Shown here piece by piece: positions 49,901-63,615 of a stretch of DNA of 64,000 nucleotides. Position 1 is the first letter of the stretch, and each line of letters starts with the position of its first letter. The stretch is from Podarcis tiliguerta (Eukaryota): NCBI GenBank assembly GCA_965153285.1, contig OZ229111.1. The stretch is one strand, 5' to 3'. A model generated the notes under the pieces. It was not told the DNA's origin. It ran no database searches and was given only the letters and a program-made list of their open reading frames with translations. Both the position numbers and the translations under genes were made by a program.

Positions 49901-52645
49901 TTGATTTCTTAATGCTAGCTGCTACTTCAAAGTGTGTGCAGGGGCAAAGAGGACAGAGGCGGCCCATAGGATTACCTGGGTCAACAGAACTAAGAATCTT
50001 TTATTCCATTTCATGTATTATTAAAAAGAGAGTTTTTTGGGGGGTGTAGATAGGTTCCCCCCCTCTTTTTATGGATTGCGGGGGAGAGCAGAGCGAAGAA
50101 AATCCAGAAATATCTAATCTCTGAATCATAGCTGTGGAGTAAATCTGATTTTGGGGTCCCTTTGTTGTACTTGAAAAATGTGTCAAGGCAGTGGAAATAC
50201 ATGGGGTTCCAATATTAAGAAAAAGGTTGCTTTGATTAATTTGGGGTTTGCCTCTCTGCAGAGTGATGTGGAGTGGCCTTTTCTTGCTGAAGGATGATAG
50301 GACAGGTGACTTTTCAACCTTGATTGTAGAGCCACATTGTACAGAACCCCGACTTCTCTGTAATGATTGGAAATCATTAATTAAGAAGCAGCAACAAACA
50401 TCTGTTATGCCAGCGAGTCACAGCCAATTGAAGTTTCCTTTCCTGAGTACTTGTGGTGGACCAGATCCACATTGCCCCTTTACACCTGATGTTGTACACC
50501 ATGTGTACATGTGTGTGAACATGCTTTTGGCAATCACTGGGATACTGTCTGGTGAACTCCTAGAATTTCTTTGCAAACTTTAAATGTGTAAATGATGATT
50601 ATTTATAATGAAACAATGCCAGAAAACAGTATGTTCTTTTCTAGTGGAAGTTAGACCTGCAATGGCTGTGTTTAGAGAAGAGAGGAGCTTAGTTGCAGTG
50701 CAAAAACACAGATGAGAAGGTGTGGATAAATGAAGCTTTTACTGTACTTCCCTTTACTATCTTCTTTGAGAATCATTGCTTCATTGGCACCAGCAACTTA
50801 ACCGAGCACCTCAATGGTTGCTCGGTGCCACCTCCAGGTTTTGAGGGGCTCTTAGGCTAGGTGGTCCCCTGCTCTGTCACATGTTTGCCTGCCTTCTTCC
50901 ATCTGCACAACTACCTAGAGAGGGAGTGTGCAGAATGCTGCACAGTAGTGAGCAGCAGGGTAGGGTGATAGTGCTCACTTTACCTCCTACTTATTGTGTT
51001 GCTGATGCAAGTAGTAGACAGGGAGGTCAGCATGGTGCAAACCAGCTGGAGGAAGCACCACCTTGGTGTGTTTGCGCTGCATAAACTTCTCCTTCTCTAC
51101 CTCCTGGTAAGCAGCAGTAACATGGGCAATGAGAAGTCCCATCACTTGCTACTGATGCTACTCCACCTATTTCTTCTTACCACAGCTTGCATGCTTAGAG
51201 AAGGCAGATGAAGAGGTAGCAACACCAAGGAGGAAGAACAGCAGGGCCAGGAGGCTCTGGGCCATTCCCTGCTGCAGGGTGTGGAACTCAGCACAATGTG
51301 AACCAGTGATGTTAACTCCTGATGCTGCTATCATTAAGTTTCAGCTGAAGAGCGGAGGGTCCATGGACTTATGAACCACCTAGGTCAAGCGGCAACCAGA
51401 GAGAGGAAAGGATCCTTTTCATATGATGCAGATGCTGCAGTGCTGGCCCTATAGCATCCAGCACCTGCACCACCAAGCGGTGGTGAAATTGCACAACATG
51501 ATGGCACTGAAACCACATAAAGCAGTTCTTCCACCTTTCAGCTTCCATTTAGTGATTGCCTGGTGGCCAGTAAATGCACTAGAGTATAACTGCTAGAATG
51601 CACTGTGGTCATCAATACTTTCATATAATCCAGGAAAGCAAAATCTATTTAATGCTGCTAATAAGATGGGTCAAATTACACTGTGATCTATAGATCCTAC
51701 ACAGAAGGTGGCAGATTTTTTTAGAAAGGCATTTAATACAGCTTCGGAAAACAAGCAGCATGTGTCAAGAGCATAGCATGCACTGAAATTTCTCTTTCTT
51801 TTTTAACATCCTAGCGTATTTCCTGTCATAAGAGTTCTGGAAAAGTACAGGGTGCGCTATACAATGTTGTCTCTGTGTCATTTTGGGAACTGTGCACAGG
51901 CAGTTGTGATCAGATATATTAAAGTATGAATGAAAAGTTTACTTCCAAAATTATAAAGGATAATTTTTTAAGGTGGTTCCTCCCCCCCCCCATTAAAAAA
52001 AAAAAGTCCTCTATCATTTGTGGCACTTTAAAATACTTGTGACACTTCTTTAGTATATGAAAATCTATATTCCAAATGAATGTGACATGTTTGATGCTGT
52101 TAATCTGCTCTGGGTATGAAGTAGGTCGTTAAAATGTGTTATTTCATTACCTTGAAATTATATCCTGGATGTTATTAAAGTGACCCAGATATAGACTTTC
52201 ACAGCAGCCGTTGAAATGCTGTGAACAGTACTTTTTTGTCTTCAGTTCTTAGCTCCTGGAAAGGTGTAGGCAGATGAAGATAAATCTAGCACAGGCCATT
52301 TCTCTGGTTACAAACCTTTGTTCCAGTGCAAATAAAGGTTTTAGATATACAGGGTTCATTATAACAGAATTTTAATTGCTTTAATCTGGCAAAACTCCCT
52401 AGTCAGACAAGAACGTTTTTTTCCTCCCTTTTTTCTTTTAAGATATAATGGAAATACCTCTTCTTGGATTCTGCAGTTTGTGTATCCTTTCATGGTTTTT
52501 TTTTTTAACCCCCTAGATTAGAATATCAACAAAGTTATTCTAGAGGTTGTTAAAGTTGTGTTTTTTCGGGATAGCCAGATTTTCACATTCTGAATGCACT
52601 TCTCCTAAATACACTTTTGGACTGAAGGGAAAGTACTTTGGAAAT

Positions 52646-52646
<1 letters not shown>

Positions 52647-52710
<64 letters not shown>
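52647..52710. repeat. Compound (GT)n(GA)n microsatellite
   Basis: Read directly from the sequence. Confidence 0.95.
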
Positions 52711-52715
<5 letters not shown>

Positions 52716-52936
52716 TTATAAAGAATAGCCATGTTATGACTTGAACTGACACTCTAGCAATCTATATTGCATTATAGCAGCACCAGGCATCTCCAGCGTG
52801 GCATTTTCCAACTATATCATTTAGCTAACTCTTGGAGACACAATAGTTTTGTATATATCTGTATGGAACAGTGTTGGCTAACACGCCTTTAATAAGAGAT
52901 TGTCTTCTGCCCTGCCATATGCTACGGGAGCAGCCA

Positions 52937-53068
52937 NNNNNNNNNNNNNNNNNNNNNNNNNNNNNNNNNNNNNNNNNNNNNNNNNNNNNNNNNNNNNNNN
53001 NNNNNNNNNNNNNNNNNNNNNNNNNNNNNNNNNNNNNNNNNNNNNNNNNNNNNNNNNNNNNNNNNNNN
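52937..53068. other. Assembly gap (N run)
   Basis: Run of Ns. Confidence 1.
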
Positions 53069-54324
53069 CCTTGCCTTTTTCTTCTTTTTTTACCTGACAA
53101 AAAGCTTACAGACACTTGGGCTCTGTCTCTCAGTAGCAGCATGGGGGGCTGCTCATGAAATATAAAGGAGGAAAAAGGACTGACATAGGGCTGATAAGCC
53201 ACAGAGCAAAGGACCATAGATTAAAAGTAAATGCCAGTAAATCCTATCCTGTACACTCACTTGTTCTTTTATTGTTTTCTTTAACTCTTCCTGTGCTGGA
53301 GGAAAATGCAGGCTGAGACCAGTAAAGGGGGAAGACAGGCGACAGAAGAAACTTAAGATTAGCTTGTTGCTCCCTTTCGTGTCAGTTTTGACACATTTCC
53401 TGGGGTCTGGCTGACACGAATGCAAGGTGGCTTTTAGTTGCTAAAGTCGCTCTGAAATTATATTTTCAGCCAGCATGTAAATTAACAGGTTGGTTAGAAT
53501 ATCTTATTATATACAGAACATTAAACAGATGATACCTTTCCTACTTGGCAGAAAACACAAGTACGACAATTTATTTATTTATTTAAGCCATTTATATGCC
53601 ATTTCCCCAAAAGATGTGTTTGAAGTGGCTTGCAACAATTATATAAAATCATTAATAAAGACATGTCAAACAACCTTTTGCTAGTCTTTATTGTATTCTT
53701 CATTATAGTCCTCTGAGATAGTTACTGTTATTCCCAGGCTAAGGTACGGCAATCTGTCTCAGGCCTGCAACGCATTCTTTGGAGAAATGAGACCTGAACT
53801 CATATCCTCATTTAATTCTGTATCCACTGAACTACTCATCAGAGATAAATTAAGAATAAAATAAACTTCATGGGCAGGCTTCAGCTAACAAACCCCATCA
53901 GCGGAAGCCCTGCACAAGGGCTTCTGCTAACTCAATGGGGCTTTCCCCGTCCCCCCAGAATTGGTAATAGCATAATGCTGACCTCAGCCTCATGTTTTAT
54001 ATTTCTATAAAAATATAGAAAAATATATATTAAACAGTTCCAAGGTTAAGAAACAAACAAACCCTATTAACCATCTTTGGACATAAAACAATGTGTTGAA
54101 CTCGGACTTTGTGATGCTTACAGCAGACCCACTGAAACCTTTGGAATTTAAGTTTTGACTTATTTTTGTCCATTGATTTCAGTGGGTCTACATTAAGCAT
54201 GGCTAAGCCAGGATCTAACCCTGTGCTGCTGGGACTTATAGGGTATGTTCATATTAGTGGCTTAAAATGCAACAGGATCATTTCTGCTTCCCTGAATTTG
54301 CATGGTGTTGCCCCTATGAAGGGC

Positions 54325-54370
<46 letters not shown>
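54325..54370. repeat. Compound (TG)n(AG)n microsatellite
   Basis: Read directly from the sequence. Confidence 0.95.
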
Positions 54371-54374
<4 letters not shown>

Positions 54375-56433
54375 CTTCACCTATACGCATGACCTTTTTG
54401 GTTTCCTTGCTCCCACAAGCCCCACTCCAATGCATGAAGTTGTCAGCTGCTCGCACAAATATTCACATTACCGCTTACTCCGTGCCCAAATTTCTAGTCT
54501 GATAGATGCTGGTTGGAGGAAAAAATGCCTCAAACGAGAAACATGCCACTATGGATTATGGCTAATGTGAACGTGGCCACTTACACTGGATGTGGTGTAA
54601 GTGGCTATGTGAACACTTGCTAGGCAGCAAACTCCACAGAACAAAGGAGAATTTACTTCCAAATAAATATGTATAGGATTCTGCTGTCAACCCTAAATCA
54701 GAGACTCAAATATATTATTTGATACGATTAACATTTGTTATCTGTCATTAGGCCTGAATGTACATTTTCAAATGTTCACAAAATATTTTGTTCTACACAA
54801 AGGGACCAAATACTGCCATGTTCGCATTCAACAGAGTCAAGCTTTATTTGATCTCACCTAATAATCCTCCTATGGGGCCAAGAGGAAGCCCTTCCCCCAA
54901 ACACTTTCGGACTGATTCTTTGCTGTCAGAAGCTGTTACTGGGGGAAAGAAAAAAACCCAAAACTATTAGCACAGACTAAATTCCCTACTGTAATTGGTT
55001 ATGAAGGTGGCAAAGCCTGTCAAATCATGATGATATCTGGATTTCTCTCTGTCTCTCTGTCTCACTTGCATCAGATTACAGTTAAAAACTTTAATGATTT
55101 TGAAGTAACCATCTGTATTCAAAATGTGGATTGTCGTTCAGTTTCAAACAGGTCTAACTCCAGAGTCAAAGTTCTATCTACCCCTGTGATCTCTATGAAA
55201 TTAACCTTTCAGTTAGATTTTTTGGCATCTGTCTAACAGCATATCCATTGGCTGACATCCCAGATGTTAAGTTTCTCTAAGTGGATGTTAAAGAACATTT
55301 TACCTAGCTCAAATTTGGTAGAAGAGTGACAAGAGCAAGGAATAAATGTTTCATATAATCGCTGCAGAGTTCTTTCCAAGAAGTGGATTAGCAAATTTCA
55401 GTGTCATACAAGGATTTTTTCCAGTGTTTCCCGGTATAGTCTACTTCAGATCTATGCTTAGGGCTCAGACATGTGTTTACAAATGTTCATGTTCAGAACA
55501 GATATTCCTTCCATCTATGCAGTGATATAAGGACAGGGTTTTATATCAAGAGATGTTCAGCTTTCATGTCCCTTTCTAGCCTTAATATGGTCTTCCTTAG
55601 TAAGAATCAATGATTTTATTTTATTGATCTTGTCTATTTTGGTTAGGACAGAATACAAAAACTCACGGTTTTTTGCATGTATAGAAGCCTCTTGGAGATG
55701 TGTTCTCAAGCAACTCACCTTTTGCCCCAAATATAGACATATCGCTTAACATTTGTGTCTCCAGCATCCCTACAGTTGGTTTCTTAAGCTGAATTTGCAC
55801 CCCTTGTTATCTAGCATACTGACTCTCAATTGTGTCCGTCCTATCTAGCGGCGACCCCTCCTCCCAGCTGAAGCAAATTGAAGGGTATAAAGGTCATGAC
55901 CCCTGACCCCTGTTTGTGACACCCTCTTTCGATATACCCTTCCAGACTGAGAACTCCAGAGTAACTCCATAGACTTTGCTTGTTTATCAATGAAGTTGCT
56001 TAGGGTTTGATGCCAGGGAATGAATGAATGACTCTGTGTTCTGTGGCTCCTCAATTAATGGAGCATTATTGTGTGTATGTGTGTGTTTGTATAGGAAGGG
56101 AGGTGGGAGAAAGAGGAGCAAATAGCTGTCTATTTCCATTTCACACACTAGGCAGTGCTTTGGTCTGAGCTGAGATTGCCAACTTCCCCCTACCCTACAG
56201 GTTCTTGTGCCTTTAATAGTTATACGTTACGCAGGAATCAACACGTAAAATGTTATCTTGGCATGGACATTCAGCAATAAGGCAAGTCTTTCCTGCCAAT
56301 TTCATCCTGTTATGCAGATGTTAAAGGCTCAAGAACTTTTCCAGAAAGCAAGTTGGCAACCTTATCCTGATCGAACTGGGATATATGGAATGGCAGAAAG
56401 AGGTATTTCCAGAGGTGCGCCTTTTGCAGAAGG

Positions 56434-56511
56434 AACAACAAAGAGTCTTGTGGCAACTTAAAAGCTAACACAATTATGGCCTAAGTTTTCAGTCCACTTA
56501 ATCAGATGCAT
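56434..56511. mobile_element. Penelope-like element terminal fragment
   Basis: AAAGAGTCTTGTGGCAACTTAAAAGCTAAC...TATGGCCTAAGTTTTC...AGTCCACTTAATCAGATGCAT resembles reptile Penelope termini (from recall). Confidence 0.5.
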
Positions 56512-57316
56512 ACCGTGTTATCCTGAGTCACAGATATATAGAGACATGATTGGAGGTTCAGAGGCAGGGATTATAAACAGTAAGGTCATAAGGAAGTATG
56601 ATTAATGTACCTGATATGGTCAGCATGCAATCTAATGGCTTGATCCAGTTCTAAAACGCTTTTAGTCACTGTCCCACCAAGATCTATGTGGCTAATTTCA
56701 TCTTCACAGATGGAGACCCATCACTCCACATGAACCATTCATAGAACTTCAAAGTGTCTGGGGCAAAGAGCAGTCTGATCAGTGTGTCCGTTAGATTGTA
56801 TGGTTTCTTGCTGTGAGTTGGTTTCTCACCAGGGGCCCTGCTTTCTGCAGTTTTCCAAGTTGTGTGGTCAAGTCTCGGCGTGTACAATCTGCACATCATC
56901 ATCCTCATTTTATTTGTATGCCTTCTTTCCATGGTTAAAACCATGCTCAAGGCAGCTTACCGCATGACAAGATTTATATAATTGCAAACATAACAAAAGT
57001 CACAAACAATAAATGAAGCACATCAAAAAGTACACAAACTAATTGGAACATAAATCATACGCATAAGCACTGTAAACAGAATCTAGCTGAAAGTGCCTAT
57101 GTCAGAGCAGGATCCGCTGGTGTGTTCCTATTCTACACACATCTACTCTGCAGACTTTGACCCCCTAAAAAGATCTCATGAAATCATTCAGATGCAGGGC
57201 TCTTGAGAACAGCATTCTGCTCTTCCCAAGACATGTTCAGCTACTCACTGGGAAAACAGAAGTCTCAGACTTTCTTATCTACACTCAAAACCATGTCCTT
57301 CCTCCCCAGCCTGGTG

Positions 57317-57489
57317 AACATATGAAGCTGCCTTATAGTGAGTGAGACCACTGGCTCATCTAACCAACTGCCCTGGCCAGCAGTGGCTGTCCAGGTTTTT
57401 TCTCAGCTCTATCTGGCTATGCCCAGGATTGAACCTGGGACCTTCTGAATGCACAGTGGGTGCTCTGCCACTGAGCTATGGCCCTTCCC
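57317..57489 (-). mobile_element. tRNA-Ala-derived squamate SINE
   Basis: Reverse complement GGGAAGGGCCATAGCTCAGTGGCAGAGCAC...GAAGGTCCCAGGTTCAATCCTGGGCAT...TATAAGGCAGCTTCATATGTT. Confidence 0.8.
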
Positions 57490-59260
57490 TTGACCATCAG
57501 AACTTAATATTGAATGGGTATCAGCCTTAAAATACCTGGGAGCTGCTAAATGCTTCTTCAGTAAGGTGCTTACGTACTTGGTCAAGCAATGTTAGCTGCC
57601 TTCATCTATTTACCACAGTCCCACTAAGGCAGGCCTCTGCTTCGCTGTGAATCTTAGGCTGCCCAGCTCCATGTTTCTGCTTTTTGCCCAGTTGGCTACA
57701 CAGGGAAAGTCTGCCAAGGAGATTCAGTCTGCAAGCAAGACAGTCATGTAGCTAGCAACAGTTATTTGAAATGTACAGCTTTGACATTAAGAAAATGAGC
57801 AATCCATGCTAAAGGGGAAAAAAACCTAGCCCCAAACATACAGTGCTAGATGAGACTTGCTTTACATTATTGGGGGGTGGTAGACGTGTCTGGTTTGAAA
57901 GTATTTCAATGCTGTGCTACTAATACACTTAGGATTATTTTGGTTCATATAATACCAGAGTATTATTGCTAATACCCATACATTCAAGCTTCACGGTTCT
58001 GCAAAGATAAACACTCCTAAGTTAAGTTGCACTTGATCCAATTAGCCCTTAAATATTAAGCAGCCTGATCCTATGTATGTTTATGCAGAAAGGAACTGCT
58101 AGTTTCACTGAGACATACCATAATAAGGGGATCTAAGGTCACAGCCGTAGTCACTGTGATATTTTCTCCTTTCGTTATTGCTAAACCCATGCAGGCTATA
58201 TATAGCTCTTTTGTGTTATTTCCATTTTATAGTGAACACAATGTTTTGCGGTGACTATAACGTATCTTAGCAAGTGTCTCTCGGATATTGCTCTCGGAGA
58301 AATATGTGAGGGTGTCTTTCTCCAATTTCCCGGTAGCAACACAGTTCCTTCCCATTAGTCTGTCAAGAGTGAGACAAGTTCCAAAGAGCCATGCCTCAGA
58401 AGAAGAAAAAAACAATTGTTTCCTGGGATGGGAAGCTTCCCCTCGTTCTGCCTACCTTCCTTCCAGGCAGGTTTTGTTAGCTGCTGCAGCCGCCTCCTCA
58501 GTTATTGAGGGGTTAATGAATTGGAGCCTGCTCCCGGCAATCCCATCATGTGCCTGGTTGACTCTGAAAGAAGGTCTTGCCATAGCCTACAGGGCATCCT
58601 TTCCCAGCTTTCTCTGAGGCCACCTGGGCAGATGAGATCCTGCACAATCTGTCCTTAGGACACAAAATCTAATCAGGCGCTGCCTTCTCTAGTCTCAGTG
58701 ACCTGCCTGCTTAAGGAGGGAAGAAGAAACAGGGGCAGGGAGGGAGCTGATCACTGATAGGCTACATCGTTTCTGGCTTTAGGGAGCTCCTGTATCTCCC
58801 ACAAGGGAGGAAGTCTCCCCTCCCCCTCCCATTCATTTTCAAGATAAGGTGTCATTCATGGGAGCATTGTGCTGAACTAATCAGGTTAATTGAGGAGCCC
58901 TGAATAGTACTCATTTAGTTGATCTCTTTTTCCTGTTAGAGACAGATAGTGCCGTCAGAGATGGCACATGCTTTACATTTTCTTGCACTTCTTGTCCCTC
59001 CTGTGCCGACTCCAGAATGGCAAATATAAATGGGTTAATATGCAAACTTTGGTGTCTGAATGAATAAGGTCTGCATGTATGCACTGTACGTGTTAAGAGG
59101 ACTGGCATTATATGGGTCAGTAATGCACACTTGTGCATGCAAACCTGTACAGCATATTCCTTACAACAGAAATCCAGAACATATTCTTGCCAGGATTACG
59201 GATTCTTGTATACATAATGCCATCTATTCCTTGGCTTCAAAACTGCTGTTTTACTTAAAA

Positions 59261-59419
59261 GTAAGAGCTGTTTGGCAGTGGAATAGACTCCCATGAGAGG
59301 TGGTGGAGATGGCCAACTGTCATATATGATCTAGCTGAGATACTTATAATTGGGGGTGGTGGTGGTGGACTAGATGACCCTGGCGATCCCCTCCAACTGT
59401 ACAGTTTTATGACTGTATG
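59261..59419 (+). mobile_element. CR1 LINE 3' end fragment
   Basis: GTAAGAGCTGTTTGGCAGTGGAATAGACTCCC..GAGGTGGTGGA (ORF2 C-terminal relic), then GGACTAGATGACCCT...CCTCCAACT...TTTTATGACTGTATG. Confidence 0.7.
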
Positions 59420-60275
59420 CTCAGCAAAGTTACACCAACAAGGTATTATTTGAAAACCCCAGGCACTGATAACTTGGCTTGTTTTATTTTTAAAAAATGT
59501 TGTTCATGGTTCTGAAATTCAAATCTCTTGATTGTGCTGCCTGGTCATTTTTTATTTTCACAATAGGCTTTGATGTGATATAGCAGTTAATATATGGCAA
59601 AGTTACTCACTTTGTATACCCAGAGTGAAAGGCTGTTTATTGATGAGCAGGCTAAGACACTACACAGGAAAATGAAAGTGACAAGAACAAGCTAAGGGGG
59701 TGGAGTCTTACCTCCAACCCATAATAACTGGAGACAACATTTAACTCCATGATTTCCGGTTGCTACAGTAGTTTCTTTTTCTCTTTTCCTTCCTGCCTTG
59801 TATTACTCAGCTTTCCAGTGAAGATGCTCTTGTTTAGGCAGATCCACTGTGATGGCTGGGGACAGGCCAAAATCATCACGAAAATGTAGAAGGTCTAGGG
59901 GGGAACACTTATGGGAAAATAAAAAAATACAGTCCATTGTATCTGTAATAATTTCACAAGCATTCAGTAAAAAATGGAAAACTATTAGAAACAAGGTTCT
60001 TGCCTGGACATTAAAAAACCCCCATTGCTAAGTATTTACTTATGTACAGTATTTATATATCGCTTTTTAGGCAGATCTCTTAAAATGGTTTGCATAATAT
60101 AATTACAACAATAAACAATGGTGTGGGGGTTTTGTTAATTACAATAGACTGGAAAACACCACTTGTTTGTTAGAAAAAGCTTATTCTCTCCCTCCCCCTT
60201 GGAGCAAGGTGGTCCTTCAAATGTCTCTTTGGTGGCAGTTGGGGAGAGGGGGAGGGAGAGGCCACTAAAAACCCT

Positions 60276-60426
60276 GGCAGTCTGCTCAGTTGGTTAGAGC
60301 ATGGTGCTGATAACTCCAAGGTCACGAGTTTGATCCCCATATGGGCCACACCTGCACTGCAAGGCGTTGAACTAGATGGCCTTCAGGGTGCTTTCCAACT
60401 CCAGAATTATTTTCTATGATTCTATG
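60276..60426 (+). mobile_element. tRNA-Ile-derived SINE with CR1-type tail
   Basis: GCTCAGTTGGTTAGAGCATGGTGCTGATAACTCCAAGGTCACGAGTTTGATCCCCATATGGGCCA followed by GTTGAACTAGATGGCC...TTCCAACT...TTCTATGATTCTATG. Confidence 0.85.
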
Positions 60427-63235
60427 TACCAGAACAGAACATGAAAATAAACTGAAGCAACTTTCTTGCCCCTAAAGGACCAGTCAAAATAACGATACAG
60501 GTCTGCAAGGGAGAACCTCACATACTACGTGGCTGAATTCTGCCCTGGCGATCCAGTGTGGCACTCTGGCTAGAGAGCGCTGGCCTACCCTTCAGAGCGA
60601 GAGACCCAGGTTCAAATACCCCCTCCGCTTCATTGTGTGGCTTTGGGCAAATTAAATTCAGACAATCAGATGCAAAAGAGGACAGCACTCCTGCGCCTTT
60701 AATAGTGATGTGCAACAGTGAGAATTTCAGCAGCTGTAACTTGCATGCCACTTGCATGAAATTCCCCCATGACTTCTGTCTTCTGCATCACTATGACAGG
60801 TGCAGGAGGCTTGTCCTCTGGTGTATCTGCACCTCTTCCATGGGAACTTAAGTCTTCTCACAGGGGTGGCCAGGGGCAGATTTTGATACAATGGCACCCT
60901 GAGCTAGGCCAATTTTTTGCCCCTGTCCTTGCCGAGCTTTGAGAAGGAGATGCATGGGCCCTGGTAGGGTCTAGCCCCTTCTGTCATTCTTAGCAATATC
61001 TATCCCAGGTGAGGCCTTGGCCTGCCCTCCCTTCCATACTCCAGATATCAGCTAAATTGTATCCCTTTATTAATTTCTAACATTCATTAACTCTAGCAGT
61101 CAGGGGGGCCCTTGCACCCCCAAACTTTGTTACCCCAGATGTGTAACAATCCTCACCTTTTCATCAGTTAGGGATGCAGTATAAAGACCCATTAATACTT
61201 TGCTAGGAGAATGCATGGTTCTGAAGTGATCAGGAATAAGGAAATGATTTCAGCTCTCGTTTGTTGTCGTTCTCTTTAGTCTTTGAAGGGCAGCTTAGAA
61301 AACATACGCACAGAGGCACACAGGCACTGACTTTACAGAGTTGTCTTCCTTCAAGTCCACCCGTTAGGGCTTCCCTGCTTAATCTATCAGAGTGCTCTTT
61401 CCCTGAAGATTCTCTGCCCAATTTAGGTGCAGCCAGCCCATAGCCTTCACTATAATCTTCCTACTAGCTGCAACCCACAGTTTCTGCTTTGCAAATGTTA
61501 TACCCATTAGAGTAAAGGTGAAAAGAGTTCAGGGAGAAATGAATGCTATATAGAACCAGCAGAGATTTGTGTGTGTGTTTCTCAAACATTTGAATGTTTA
61601 ATGCTTAAAGGGGGGAAAAAAGTTTCTCTGTCATCTTTCAACCTCTCATACCCTCATTCTTTGAAAGTTTCAGGAATGACTTCATTTATATCCACAATCA
61701 AATTCCTGCCTCCGAAGGGCATGTAGTTGTGAATTGCCCAGCTTATTTTTCTTTTTAGCACTTGGCAATAGGGAAAACTGGTTGGTTCAAAATGAGAACC
61801 AGCTGGGTTCTCATAGCTATCATTTAGGGCGTTGGGGGGGGGGGGGGAGAAGCCACTTTGCACACAAAAACCAAAGCTCAGGTTTGTCATTAACTAAAAC
61901 CCTAAATAGGCAGTGTTTGGTTTACCGCACTTCAGAATACAATGCCAGGAACCATTCTGTCAATCTAATTAATGTGCATCGTTAATGTTGCTCCTGCCAG
62001 ACTTTAATTCAAGACTAACCGCTATCTAGATTTCGTTGTTATAAAGAAGCTTTTCCACCAGGAGGTGTTTTCCTTCTCTTCCCCCTCCCTTCCCTCCCCG
62101 GCAATGTAGACATTAAAATGGAACATACAGAATGAATGCTGTACCTGTCATGCAACGTGCAGATAAAAGAAAAGCTGCTGAAACAGGTTAATACCGTGCA
62201 TGGAAAGGTATCTCTCTGGTTTCCCCCTTTTTTATATATATAAAAAACCATTTGGGCAAAATACAAATGTGATCTATTGGGGACACAGTCTCCCAGTCTT
62301 TCTGGATTAGACAAACTAGGTGTTCGTCACATTTTATCAATCAATGCTGGTGCCAAATTTAATTTAAAATGAGGGTCATATCTTCAGTCAGAAGTTATGT
62401 AAAGGAGAAACCTTCATTGTTTTTTCTTTATTTAAATATAACAATGTAAGGTATGTTCATATTTAGGTTTAGTTATGAGGATTTAAATCTGTTTGTTTGG
62501 CCACTGAATGTATGTAAAATGTCCCCTTTAGAAAAAGAGAGGAGTTTCCTATTTACATTTTAAATTTGATATGCAAGTCTAGCGTTGTGCTTAAAACAAA
62601 AAAGGATGGGTTCTTGAATTCGTGTGTGAGAAAGTGTTTAAAGCTAAATTAATTATTGTTTTTTAAAGTGAAGATTTATAGGAGAAAGGATATTTTAAAA
62701 AGAGACCTTCTGTGTGTCTTTCGCAAGAAAACTTGTAGCAGCAAAATGATGGATTGCTCAGCTTTGCACAACTAATTTGAAAAGCCTTAATGTATTTTTT
62801 TAAAAAACCCTCCCCCTGATGCCTGGAATATAACATGTTTCTGACACTATTAATAACCTGCTCAAGCACAACTGAAGTATTTTTAAACAAGGTTGAAACC
62901 ATTTACCACTGTACATATTCAGATCATTATTTGACCTGAATATTCTGACATATAAACCTTTCTGAGAATTACATGTTGAAACAAATATTTTTTTTAAAAA
63001 AAACCCTAACGACTAAGGTTTTTAGGGTTCTTTTCTCTCTATCTCTTTCTCTGGGTGATGCATTTATTTAATGTTTCAATTTGTTACCATACTATATTAG
63101 CTGTCTGTACATTTTTTAAAAAGCTGTTTCCCCCCTCCCATTTTTTTTTTAAGCTGGTATATTTCTAGTCATTCAAATTTGGACAGAATTTTACTTCCTG
63201 TTTCAAAGGTCAAGGAAAGCTGACCTCAACAGCAG

Positions 63236-63615
63236 NNNNNNNNNNNNNNNNNNNNNNNNNNNNNNNNNNNNNNNNNNNNNNNNNNNNNNNNNNNNNNNNN
63301 NNNNNNNNNNNNNNNNNNNNNNNNNNNNNNNNNNNNNNNNNNNNNNNNNNNNNNNNNNNNNNNNNNNNNNNNNNNNNNNNNNNNNNNNNNNNNNNNNNNN
63401 NNNNNNNNNNNNNNNNNNNNNNNNNNNNNNNNNNNNNNNNNNNNNNNNNNNNNNNNNNNNNNNNNNNNNNNNNNNNNNNNNNNNNNNNNNNNNNNNNNNN
63501 NNNNNNNNNNNNNNNNNNNNNNNNNNNNNNNNNNNNNNNNNNNNNNNNNNNNNNNNNNNNNNNNNNNNNNNNNNNNNNNNNNNNNNNNNNNNNNNNNNNN
63601 NNNNNNNNNNNNNNN
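63236..63615. other. Assembly gap (N run)
   Basis: Run of Ns. Confidence 1.

Noticed and set aside
50890-51420. Possible second, very old LTR or TE
   Set aside because: Purine-rich and TE-like, but I could not define termini, a TSD or a family.
52825-53217. ORFs spanning the N runs (also 63203-63663)
   Set aside because: Artefacts of the assembly gaps.
60276-60350. Functional tRNA-Ile(GAT) gene
   Set aside because: Degenerate stems and B box (GAGTTTGA), followed by a CR1-like tail.
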